Below, piece after piece: positions 1 to 10,416 of a DNA stretch of 64,000 nucleotides (positions are counted from its first letter, which is position 1; each line of letters opens with the position of its first letter). Below the pieces are notes generated by a model that ran no database searches, had not been told where the DNA came from, and saw only the letters and a program-made list of their open reading frames with translations. The stretch is from Fistulifera solaris (taxonomy: Eukaryota), in NCBI GenBank assembly GCA_030295235.1, contig AP026135.1:868001-932000 (forward strand). The letters run 5' to 3'. The translations under genes were made by a program, and so were the position numbers.

Positions 1-2
1 AG

Positions 3-152
3 GATGACGCTCTTCCGCAAGTTCTTGATCTCTTGAATGAGATTGACGAATATCCGGATGTCCGACCAATTTTAGCACCGCGCTTCGGACTCGAGGAGAG
101 CCTACAACAGTATCTGTCATCGGAAAAGAGTCGAGCATTTAAGTGTGCTTGA
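3..152 (+). CDS. Possible 3' end of a gene truncated by the window edge (...DDALPQVLDLLNEIDEYPDVRPILAPRFGLEESLQQYLSSEKSRAFKCA*)
   Basis: Open frame from the window start to TGA at 150-152, followed by AT-rich UTR-like sequence; no family recognised. Confidence 0.4.
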   Translation, partial: DDALPQVLDLLNEIDEYPDVRPILAPRFGLEESLQQYLSSEKSRAFKCA

Positions 153-572
153 GCTGCCGTGACATTGTACATGATGCATCCTTTTATTACCGATCCTTGC
201 CTTTTAATCACTCGCTCTTTATACTTCTAACCGCTTACATAATCATGTTTTTCATCAAACTATTGCGATTATAGAAATTGTCGATGCCATGAATCAAATG
301 CAGTGTCACACGGCCAACAGGCAGCATCCATTCATTGTAATAGGCAACTGGTTGTTTATTGTAAATGATTCAAAACCTAGTCGGAGTGGACTATACGTAG
401 TACAAGCAAAGCAGCTCAGTCGTAATGTAAAATGGAGGGGACCATTCGCCACACTAGGGCCTCTTGCGCCACAACTGCTTTCGAGCCTGACTCATACAAG
501 TCTTTGTGAAATTGATAAACTAATAACACTTTTAAAAGCTTATCAGTTATCAGCAGTTCTTAGCACCGTTTG

Positions 573-791
573 AATGCACGTCTTGGTACAAAGTATTTAC
601 GAAGAAAATTCGTTGTTCCAAATCACTATAGACCCAAGTGTCTGCGACGTTTCACCACGACTACATTTCAGTCATGAATTATGATGTTGCCGATCCCGAC
701 ATCTATTCATTCTTCGTTTCTTTGCAACATTGATAAGCAGTACTTGTTTATCACACGATGCGATCAACATCAGCAGCAGTTGTAATGCACG
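573..791. repeat. Single circularly permuted monomer (~211 bp) of the satellite-like family also at 49174-49785
   Basis: Shares long stretches with the 217-bp unit (AAATCACTATAGACCCAAGTGTC, ACGTTTCACCACGACT, TTGATAAGCAGTACTTG, ACACGATGCGATCAACATCAG). Starts and ends with AATGCACG (573 and 784). Confidence 0.85.
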
Positions 792-1112
792 CCTTTCTCA
801 CCAAGAAGAAATAAATGTGAGAACATCGTTGACTTTTTCCGGGACTGGCTCTATTTGATGAATACAGAAAGATTTCTGCCTTTTACATTCCACTCCACAG
901 TAAATGTTGACAGACGACATACGGTGACGTCTTGCGTCTTTCCTTCCATCATTCGTTTTTTCCTGTTCGCGCGTTTTCTCGAAACTCTCGAAACCTCTTG
1001 GTCGCGAGATGGGGCTGGAACGAAGAACGTGCCATTTTCATTCGTTGGCGTAAAGTTCGAAGCAGAAGAATCGAAAGACACCAACCACACACACCTTATT
1101 TTATAATACAAA

Positions 1113-2012
1113 ATGGCGGATTTATTGAAAGAAGCGGCCAAGGTTATCGCCGAACCACAGCAGCAGGAAGATCTGACAATCGTGTCAGATTCGATCATCC
1201 CTTCGGACCCTGACATGACGTGTCGACGATCGGAAGGACAAGTTTGCATTTGTGATGCATGCGAAGCGACGCGAACGAGAATTATACATCGCATGAACAA
1301 AAAGAAAAGAGCAAAGGCAGTCAATGACGTGAAAGATGAGACATCTCTCGCGGTAGCCCCCGACCCTGCCGTTCAGGGCGAATCTCGTCTTGCGAAGAAA
1401 CGAAAGGAACCCGAGGAAGAGAAGGATGATGAAGCAGAACGTCTGTTAAAGATGACAGATGCTTGTAGAACAATACTACGATGCATCGGAGAGGATGAAA
1501 CTAGAGAAGGTCTTCTGAAGACTCCTCAACGATGGGCCAAGGCATTGATGTGTATGTGTTCCGGATACGGCATGGAGGCACAGGACGTCACGAATAACGC
1601 TGTATTCTCCGAAAATCACGACGAAATGGTGGTTGTTCGTGATATTGATATACATTCGTTGTGTGAGCACCACATGTTGCCATTCACAGGACGTGTGTCC
1701 ATTGGTTATATTCCCAACGGAAAAATATTGGGACTCAGTAAGCTAGCGCGTATCGCGGAGTTGTACGCCCGCAGATTACAAGTTCAGGAACGCTTGACTC
1801 GCCAGATTGCGGATGCTATTGTAGAAACGGTAGAGCCCCTGGGAGTGGCTGTTGTCGTGGAATGCACACATTTCTGCATGGTCATGCGGGGTGTTCAAAA
1901 AGTCGGCGCCGTCACCACCACATCGTCGGTCCGGGGTTGCTTTGAAAACAACGCCAAAACACGCGCCGAATTTTTCAGTATCATACAAGGGAATCGCATG
2001 AAAATGTGCTGA
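1113..2012 (+). CDS. GCH1: GTP cyclohydrolase I with N-terminal extension
   Basis: Motifs [54 protein letters not shown] and HFCMVMRGV. Confidence 0.97.
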   Translation: MADLLKEAAKVIAEPQQQEDLTIVSDSIIPSDPDMTCRRSEGQVCICDACEATRTRIIHRMNKKKRAKAVNDVKDETSLAVAPDPAVQGESRLAKKRKEPEEEKDDEAERLLKMTDACRTILRCIGEDETREGLLKTPQRWAKALMCMCSGYGMEAQDVTNNAVFSENHDEMVVVRDIDIHSLCEHHMLPFTGRVSIGYIPNGKILGLSKLARIAELYARRLQVQERLTRQIADAIVETVEPLGVAVVVECTHFCMVMRGVQKVGAVTTTSSVRGCFENNAKTRAEFFSIIQGNRMKMC

Positions 2013-2382
2013 ATGACATATTTTGGCTTGTTAAAAGTCATTCATCGAAATCTACCTCTCAAATAGAAAGTAAAGTAACAACAACATAAGGCTGCATATT
2101 GTGTCTTTATTTAGGAGTGAGAAGTTGTACTCATTATTGCGAGCTAAGCGATGCAAGCTATCACAAAGAAGACCTGCATTTGCAGTGTGGCGAAATCAGT
2201 CAGTTAAAGCACAATTTTAATGTTTCACCACCCTCAGATGTACGAAGGTATAGCAGATAGGATGCTTACGATGCTCTTTTGATGTGCAACGAAGGGCGAC
2301 AAAATATCGGGCTATCCATATAGTTTACTTCATGTAATGATCAACATAAATAAGATTTGTGAGAACATGAAAAGCTATCAGT

Positions 2383-3691
2383 TTAGTCTGTTCCCAAGAG
2401 CGTTTCTTCGATTTCCAAAAATCGTTGATCATGCTCGGGATCTCGACCGCGCGCCCAGCCTTCATTGGTTAGTTTCTTTGTTACTTCTTCAAAGCAACAA
2501 ACTGTGAGATAATTGAAATTCCATGAGGATTCGATTTGACACTTTGATACTCACTACGCTTCAAGGGTTTTAGGTGCAATGGATCTTCACGTTCTAGTTT
2601 TCTCACTTGTTCTTTCACCGGATCTGTGACATGTTCCTTGACCGGTTCAATGATGTTCTTCTTAACGGGATCTGTGATATGCTCCTGAATGGGATCTTTG
2701 CGACCCAGTCCAAAAGGATGCTTAAAGAATCTCATCACAGCCGAATCTCGTTTCAGGGGAGAAGTTCCGTGATGACTCGTATCTTCGATGTCAAGCAGAA
2801 AAAAAAATTTAACCGTGAGGCCAAGCGAACGACAGAGTATATATAATAAAAGGGCCTTTTCAAAACTCACAATCATGACGATTCAATAGATCCACATTCA
2901 ACGGGTCATCGTGCTCAAGCTTTCTCAAGTCATCGTCAGAGGGGTGTTCAATACTTCTCTTGACAGGATCTATGATATTCCTTTTGGCAGGATCTGTTAT
3001 GTGCTCCTTAACAGGGTCACCGTGGCCAAATCCATATGGCACTTTAGAGGATCTTGATGTAGCTTCTTCTTCCATGGGGTGCATACCGTATTGAGCAGAA
3101 CCTAATAGCGAGAGAGGCAAGTTCAGATAGGTGGTTGAAACGTGAGTACTACAGCAATAGTCACTGATAAGGCCGTCGACCTTTACTTACTTCTGTGAAC
3201 GGATTTGAGATGTAGTGGATCCTCCTTCTCAAGCTTTTTGATCCCCTTCTTTACAGGTTCTTTGATGTGTTTCCGAAAGGGTTCCTGAATATGTTCTTTG
3301 ACGGGATCTTTATAACCCAAACCGAAAGGATGCTTCAAGAACTTGACCAAAGCAGATTCTTCAGTTGGTAATGACCCTTCTTTGGCGCGGCCTTTTCAAG
3401 CGAAAATCAAGAAAGGAATAGTTTCAAAGCCATTGTCAGATTGAAAAAGGGAATATCGGAGAAGCGCATGATTTCTTACTCACTTCGGTTCAGCGTTTGG
3501 AGGTACAAAGGATCGTTTCTTCCACTATACGGTTGGCGTTTCTGTAGGTCTGGGTTTGTGGGGTTGTGAATACCCAAACCAAAGGGGTGTTTCAAAAATC
3601 TCATGAGAGGTGACTCTTGCATTGGCAGCGAAGCTTCTTGCCGAGCACAAGCTCCAATAGCAAGCATTGGTATCAATTGAATCACACGCAT
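2383..3691 (-). CDS. Secreted modular repeat protein, five exons (3691-3484, 3391-3191, 3101-2871, 2782-2555, 2459-2383), ~314 aa, unknown family
   Basis: Signal-peptide-like start MRVIQLIPMLAIGACA. Four GT(G/A)AGT...AG introns of 92, 89, 88 and 95 nt, all phase 1, join into one uninterrupted frame. Exons 1-4 each carry an (F)xKHPFGLG / KVPYGFG ... DPL module. Confidence 0.85.
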
Positions 3692-4115
3692 ACTTTTTGA
3701 ATTGCTGGCTTAGCGATTTATTTCTTCTGGTCGATAATTTTTGTCATTGAACGTCTTCAATTTATGCTTGCAGAATGGAACTTTGAGCAGAAAGCTCTTT
3801 TCCTCTTTCGCCTTCGAATGGGAACACCAATCATGGTCACCTGTTCTCAATTGCCTTCGCGCAAGGACACGCGAGTCCGATGCGAACGCCAAATTCAAAT
3901 CGAATTCCGATAAGGACGAGCAACAAAACGACCATAAGACTGTCGATATGCATGCCAACAAGTTCTTTTGCCGTATCTTTCGAGCTTTGCTTCGCCGGTG
4001 ACAAGTTTAAGTTAAGCCGATAATAGTAATGAAATTTTCAGACACATCTAGAAACGGAAAATGTACAGCCGATCTCGTTGCCAAATGTTGCGTCTGTTCT
4101 ATATCAATTTCCTTT

Positions 4116-5115
4116 CTAACGTGTCCACTGAGCAGCCTTGATAGGAGGAAAGGTTTCGACCGTAATGTCATCGTACGCAAATGTGACACAGGAAAGTCGA
4201 TAACTATCGGGATTTTCGCGCAGAGTGGAAGCTTCATCCATGGATTTTCGGTTGGTTCCTAAACTTCCTTTCGTAATATTCACAATGCAAGTTCCACAGA
4301 GCTGCTTGCCTTTACAGTTGGTCCATCGCGTCACGCTTTGGTAAACATTAATGCCATTATCGACCAACAGTTCCCGAACGTTTACTCCTGGTTTCGCTGT
4401 CAAAGTAACGACAGCTTCTTCTTGTGAGCCTTTGTTCTGGATCACCGTCACGGTGATTTGTTCGGATTCACCTTGGATTGAATTACCATTCGCACAGATC
4501 GCTTTCAATTCTTGTTTAGTACCACGAAAGAAAACGAAATCGATCTCGCGCACCGACTTGTCCAGTTCAACAAACGTATTCATGACCAAATCAAACGGAG
4601 CGCCGATCAAGGGAATGGGCACTCCTCCCACGGGCGTCAATTCACACAATTGATCTCCTTTTGCACTTCTCCCGAAAAGGCGGCGTCTCCGGCCGGATCC
4701 ATGTCTCGCACATACACGAATGAGAAACTGAGATCGGTGCCCCAATCAATGCCTAGAGTGAATCCGAACAGTAGAACCATTAATGAGAATATGTTTAAAT
4801 TCCTTCTCTATTCGATGCAAATGAGAATCGGATGCAGTTTTTTCACTTACCAGGAGCGCGACTGAGCCGCACCTTGTACAAACGTGGATCCAAGGAAAGA
4901 TCTATACCTTTGTCTGCATCATTGGCTTTACTGCTATCATTTTCGTCACTGGAGAGGTATACTCTTTTGCTAGCAAAATTGCGGAACGGCAATCCTCGTC
5001 GTTGAAGCGCGTGAAGAGGCACGATGGAAAACGACCAAACGTGATGAAGAAAGAACGCGACAACGAGAAAGGCGAGCTTTCTCTCTGCAGTTGACGATGA
5101 CGAGAAAGAAAGCAT
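4116..5115 (-). CDS. Plastid-targeted PDZ-like + 2Fe-2S ferredoxin-like protein (intron 4850-4753; one frameshift near 4660)
   Basis: Bipartite presequence (...HHVWSF). APG/IDWGTDLSFSFVYVRDMDPAGDA is a PDZ-like segment. Cys ligands NCKGKQLCGTC ... YRLSC. GTAAGT donor and CTAG acceptor. Confidence 0.8.
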
Positions 5116-5650
5116 AATTATACTATTAATGAGATCAAAATGCTTGTCGAATTATCCGACGATTAATGTGCTTTGTTGTTGTCTTCCGCATCAGTCCAGT
5201 TACATTTTCATGGGCTATACCCATGCCCAGGTGGCCAGGGGCAAATTTGAGTCCAAGAGCACGGTTTGTTCACAGTGATTTAAAAGTAGGAGAAAAGTCG
5301 GACTGCTTCCATTGTGTACGTTGTTTTGGAGCGGTACTCATCTTTTGCTTCCTGTCGCAGTGTTTCTGTAAAATATCGCCTGCACGACCACGACCTCTTT
5401 CACAGGTTCGTGATTTTGTAACACGAAAACTACCTCTCGGGACTCAAGTACTACGTAACTTCCTGTCCATGCGGACTACGAGAGAGATCCTAAATAATTG
5501 TGGATGGTGGTGTCCATCAACGAAAAACGCCCTCTCATTCTCAAATACCTGGTATGATTCAATTCACTTGTTCATTCATTCATTCATTCAATCAATACTT
5601 TCCACAACAAAAGAACAAGAAAAACTGTTTTTGTTAAGCTCACAAGCGAA

Positions 5651-6541
5651 ATGTCTGAATCTCCTGCTTTAGCGCACCGCTACCAATGCATCTACTGCGC
5701 TACTCCGTGCAATGCTCTCTATCGCGTGTACGGCGTCTCGGCTGCCAAAACCATCAGATTGAGTCGCTGTACGCATTGTCAACGCGATGTCGATCCCTAT
5801 TGTGAAAGAGAACTCATGTTGGTGATTTTGGATTGTTTGTTGTTCCGCGAAGAAGCCTACCGTCATTTCTTCTTTCATCGCTATCGCGATTTACAACTGG
5901 ATACACGGGAATCCAAAATACTAGTGTTACTGGCCAGTAGTTGCTTGCGGGCTTATGTGATTTCGGTTGCGAAACATGGAGTTTTCGAAGAAAAGGTCGC
6001 GCGCTGGATTATTTACTTTCTCCGACAAACAATCCTTTCCGGTATTGTTTATGGGATGCAATCACAATGCATCTTTGGGGGCATATTGACTCTCGCCAAA
6101 GGAACCAATGAATTCTCTCCGTTATTGGAATCTTGCAGCAGGGAAGGTGCAACAAACGAACTGTTTACACAAATTGGTTTATCCTTATTGTTGCCCACGG
6201 CGTGCCATGTTGCCACTATTTTTGTACAAATTTGGGAAGATAGTGATACCGTTCGCCTGATGGGATCCTGCTTGATACTGGCATATCAATGGTTTGCTTT
6301 GAATACAATTTTGCGTGGAAATTTGGGTGTTTCATCATGTTCGCAAACTTTGATTGTGACGATCGTCTTTGTGATATCCCTCCTCGTGCGGGATGTCGCG
6401 CTCGAACTCATTCGACTTTCATGGAGTGAACGACCGTCTACGATCTGTGCTGGGATGGAACTCAAAATCGTGAATCTGTGGTTGTGGTTACCATTCCTGG
6501 CGTCGAAGGAGCTACAGGTCCCTCACCTATGTCTCTCGTGA
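5651..6541 (+). CDS. ARV1: Arv1-family ER membrane protein
   Basis: N-terminal CIYC...CTHC zinc motif, then DPYCERELMLVILDCLLFREEAYRHFFFH (Arv1 homology domain), then several hydrophobic segments. Confidence 0.85.
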   Translation: MSESPALAHRYQCIYCATPCNALYRVYGVSAAKTIRLSRCTHCQRDVDPYCERELMLVILDCLLFREEAYRHFFFHRYRDLQLDTRESKILVLLASSCLRAYVISVAKHGVFEEKVARWIIYFLRQTILSGIVYGMQSQCIFGGILTLAKGTNEFSPLLESCSREGATNELFTQIGLSLLLPTACHVATIFVQIWEDSDTVRLMGSCLILAYQWFALNTILRGNLGVSSCSQTLIVTIVFVISLLVRDVALELIRLSWSERPSTICAGMELKIVNLWLWLPFLASKELQVPHLCLS

Positions 6542-6790
6542 CTCAGATCATTGTATGATGATTCGTGTTTGCTGCATGCTGTCGCATGGGTGACGCACTC
6601 CATACACCAAGAGTACATGACGTAGGTGTGCAGCCTCATTTGCGTTTTCTCGTTTACTCTTCCATCGAGGCAGAGTCAGCAATGAGCAACAGCGATGAGC
6701 GATGAGTGAATTATTGCTCCTCATCTCTTCTGATAATAAAAGGGAAACAGAAAAGTGAAGCAGCACTCTTGCTCTCTGTTCGGCGGAAAC

Positions 6791-8521
6791 ATGAAGCGTT
6801 CTTGTCTTCTGATCAGCTGCTGGACTATCATTTCCTGTAGAGGCTTTTCGCCGCGCACGTTTTCCTCTTCATTGTCGTCGTCAGTGCAAAGAAGTTTATC
6901 CTTTTCGTCATTTGAGCTTGCCGAAACTTCTTTAAAGTCACTACCACCACTGGCTCAATGTAATACAACCATACAATTACCGTCCTATCCGGATCTCATG
7001 ACACTTTCATCGGGCGAATGCTTTACAAGTGACCCTATTTCCGTGGCGACCGAAAATGGCACATCGTATGATTTTTGCATCAAATTCTATCCACGAGGCG
7101 GTGGACATCCATCGTCCCATTCGGTGCTTTCTACAAAACCAAAAGGTGGCTTTGGTATGTCGTATCGTGTCCTCCCGATGTTTGGGCCACCACCCGACGA
7201 GAAAGTAGGAGTTTACTTGCAATTTTTGCCACGCAGCAAATCGGATACCGTCGATGCTACCTTTGCTCTTCGAATGAAAGGTCAGCCACGCAAAGGGCCG
7301 AAATTTGATGTCGAATGGCGGGCGGGGATGCGCTTTGTTCCTTTAGAGGAAACATAATTAGCCGAAGGAAGGGCGAATGACTTCGGTGCTCATTTGATGC
7401 AAACGCATTTGTTGGCGGATTTTGTAGGCTACGATGACTCAAACAACAAACCTACGCCCGTTTATCTATCTCTGGAAATCGCCATTCACGGTAAACCTTT
7501 GCCGGTTAATGAAAATGGAGGGACGGCGGATTCCCGTCGAGAACAACCCACGACGTCACTTTGGGGACGAGCTTGGCGAGATCTTCGTGAATCGTCCGAC
7601 TCGTCGGTCGCGTATCATGATTTCGAACAAGTGCGTGTCGGTCGTATTGTGGTACCGATTCTACGGAATTTAGCGGAACGACCGGCCATGTTTCGTCAGG
7701 GGACCTATCCCGGTGTCGAGTATCGAATATTGCGAATCATAGACCCAGAGACAGGAGCCGATCTGTTCTACAGTCGTCCCGGAGTCGATTACGAACTCAA
7801 GCCAATCTACCCTCTCGTACAACAACTGGAGCGGTTGTGGCCTGTTCGAGTGAATGAAAAAGATATACCGAGACTCTACACACCAGCCATGTACAACGGC
7901 CTATCGGCCATTGGATCGTTGTTCACAGCTGTTATGGGCCTGCTTGCTGCATTTCTCGTTTCTCAAGCGATTTCCATTTTTGTGATTCCAAGTCGCTCTA
8001 TGGAGCCGACACTGCAAGTAGGAGATGTGTTGCTTGTGGACAAGCTGACACCAAGATTGACTAATAAATTGAATCTGAACAAATACAGTGAATGGGTTGG
8101 ATACATCGTTCTATTTCGTCCTACGGAAAGCTTACAGGATATTGTGTTACAATCGGGTGGAAGAAAATTGACGGACCGCGAGTTATTTGTCAAACGAGTG
8201 GCCGCAGGACCCGGTTCAACATTGAAAATTACGGATGCGTCGGGAGCCGTGGAAATCGACGGACGAAAGCCATTGGAACGAAGGGACTTTTGCGGAGAAG
8301 AACCTACTCGATTAATTGAGAAATTTCTTCGTCAGGGTGACGAATTTCAAGTCGGTCCCAAGCAAGTCGCGGTTTTGGGAGATTGCAGCTCGGTGAGTAT
8401 TGATTCGCGCGTTTGGGGTCCTTTACCGACCGACAACATTGTAGGTCGACCTCTTTTGAGAGTCTGGCCACTCTCTCGAGTTGGTCAGGTTCACTCGCTG
8501 GTAACAGATTGGAGTGAATGA
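6791..8521 (+). CDS. MATH-like domain fused to signal peptidase I (S26); one in-frame TAA at 7355-7357
   Basis: S26 boxes: FVIPSRSMEPTLQVGD (Ser), FVKRV (Lys), VLGDCSSVSIDSRVWG. Upstream FCIKFYPRG..VGVYLQF..DATFAL..NDFG is MATH-like. ORFs 6755-7357 and 7394-8521 are in the same frame. N-terminus resembles a plastid presequence (CRGF). Confidence 0.8.
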
Positions 8522-8687
8522 AACATGCTATAATCCCATTTTACATAAAAGACTTTATTTTTTTGGCATATTGATTTGTTTCCTTGGAAAAGTGCTTTCC
8601 AAGCTAGGAACCATTTTTCAAATTTATCAGTGTACATAGCTGTTTGCAAAATTGTTTTGTAGGTCCGTTTTGTTGTGTTTTTTTTTA

Positions 8688-10133
8688 TTATTCACCATCT
8701 TCATCATCATCATCATCATTATCGTCGTCCTCCAAGGCACTGCGATCCAACCACAACCGTTCATCATCATTCAAAGCATTCTCACACAATGGAACTTGCG
8801 TTTCATCCGGAATCGTCCGATGCAACCACTTTCGGAATTCCACAAAGGTCTGATCGACACGTCCCCGTTTGGTCGACAACCAATCAAAATGAGGATCCGA
8901 CGGTTTCTTCAATTGTTGTCCTTCCTCTCCGCCATTCCAATGCATCCGCGCCGTGGAATCCAAATGCGGATAATGCAACAAGAACGTATTGAGTTGCCAA
9001 AACGTGTACCCCATTCTCCGCAATTGCATCATCCACGTCATTTTGTTTTTCCCGTACCCCGAAAAGACTTCTTGAAAGGGTGGCAAATCTTGACAATACC
9101 GAAAGATTAAATAGGGTTCAAAGCGATTCGATAAGACACACTCGAGTGGCAACAAGGTATCGGAGGCCTGGGTCAACCAATCGCGGTACCGCGTACTCCC
9201 GTGTCCACCGGGATTGGTCGGATCAAACGGATCTGCTTTCCCTTGCATCAACATGTGCATTAATTCTTCGCGTGTTTGCGCCATGAGAGGTATGTTGCGT
9301 TCTTGACAATCCCGCCATTCTTCACATTGTCGAAACATTTGAAAAGCCGGCATAAGTAGTGCTGTTTTAGTACTGGACAAGAGAAAGGCACGATGTCGTT
9401 GCAACGAGTCGTACAAATCGGTGGCTGTCCAAAAATCAATGTCCACGTACACGACATGGGTGGTTTGGACGGCCCGCAAGGCTGTATTCCGCAACACATT
9501 GACGGGATATTCTTCTTCCGAGTATCCCGAAACCAATTGTAAAGTTAAGCGTGATGAATTGGCACAATGGATTTGGTCTTGAATTTGCAAAAGAGGCAAT
9601 TGAGTATAGATGGCAATGGAAATGGGTCCCGGCCATCGTTGACAATGATATTGTAACATCCACAATCGATCTTCGGAAGTTTGTGTGACGAGTGTAAAGT
9701 CGACTTGTTCTTTGTGTATAAGTGGTATACAGGCAGGAGCGTGTTTGGAATGCCATTGGAATGTGGGAGGAGAAGTGTTGCTTATTGTTGTTGTTGTTGT
9801 TGTGGTGGTGGTAGGCCAGTAACGAACGGCGCAATAGGAAATAGCAAACGAAGCCAAGAATATTCCACACGTCAACGAAAGAATCATCACCACTATTTTC
9901 TTCCGCCTTCGTTTGTAATGAATAGTATTCTTGGGAGATGTTTTCGCCGCATGTAAGGGAGTCTGTCGTCGTCGTCGTGGTCGTGGTCGACCGACGAGAC
10001 TTTCGGGAGTGTCGGCAGCATCGTCCGAACCCGATGGCAGTGTTTTGAGTTTTCGGGGACTGCTTTCTTCTTGTAAACTCAATATAATTTCATCGACAGA
10101 TCGGGATCGTGGAACAACATTGCGGCGATTCAT
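8688..10133 (-). CDS. GT49 (LARGE/B4GAT1-like) glycosyltransferase, type II membrane protein
   Basis: Basic cytosolic tail, TM helix and Thr stalk. Motifs DFTLVTQTSEDRL, YPVNVLRN, VYVDIDF (DxD), FEPY and GYGKNK. Confidence 0.88.
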   Translation of the reverse strand: MNRRNVVPRSRSVDEIILSLQEESSPRKLKTLPSGSDDAADTPESLVGRPRPRRRRQTPLHAAKTSPKNTIHYKRRRKKIVVMILSLTCGIFLASFAISYCAVRYWPTTTTTTTTTISNTSPPTFQWHSKHAPACIPLIHKEQVDFTLVTQTSEDRLWMLQYHCQRWPGPISIAIYTQLPLLQIQDQIHCANSSRLTLQLVSGYSEEEYPVNVLRNTALRAVQTTHVVYVDIDFWTATDLYDSLQRHRAFLLSSTKTALLMPAFQMFRQCEEWRDCQERNIPLMAQTREELMHMLMQGKADPFDPTNPGGHGSTRYRDWLTQASDTLLPLECVLSNRFEPYLIFRYCQDLPPFQEVFSGYGKNKMTWMMQLRRMGYTFWQLNTFLLHYPHLDSTARMHWNGGEEGQQLKKPSDPHFDWLSTKRGRVDQTFVEFRKWLHRTIPDETQVPLCENALNDDERLWLDRSALEDDDNDDDDDEDGE

Positions 10134-10180
10134 GACTGTGTTTGGTTGTTTGGTGAATAGTCTTTGTTGTAGATAGAAGA

Positions 10181-10236
10181 GGAAGGAAGGAAGGAAGGAA
10201 GGAAGGAAGGAAGGAAGGAAGGAAGGAAGGAAGGAA
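10181..10236. repeat. (GGAA)14 microsatellite
   Basis: Perfect tetranucleotide run just upstream of the GT49 start. Confidence 0.95.
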
Positions 10237-10416
10237 TAAAAAGCGTAAACACATAGCCACTAAAACAAAAAAGCGTTTGGTTTGGTTTGTTTTTGTCGTT
10301 CGTGGTTGTATGTCGCGAAACACTGGGAAGGTGGGAAGTATGGTTCTGACTTTTGACGACGACTCCTCACCTTTCCGTGTACCCTCAATTATTTGTAGTT
10401 TGTAGTCAGACATTAC

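Noticed and set aside
870..900. U5 snRNA loop-1-like GCCTTTTAC
   Set aside because: The flanks do not form the U5 stem and there is no appropriately placed Sm site.
2481..3691. Three or four separate small peptide genes, as in the ORF track
   Set aside because: Each ORF runs into a GT(G/A)AGT donor and only the first has a signal peptide; the spliced single-gene model explains all fragments in frame.
3710..4001. Short ORFs on both strands upstream of the modular gene
   Set aside because: Non-ATG or weak starts and no motifs; probably promoter or UTR.
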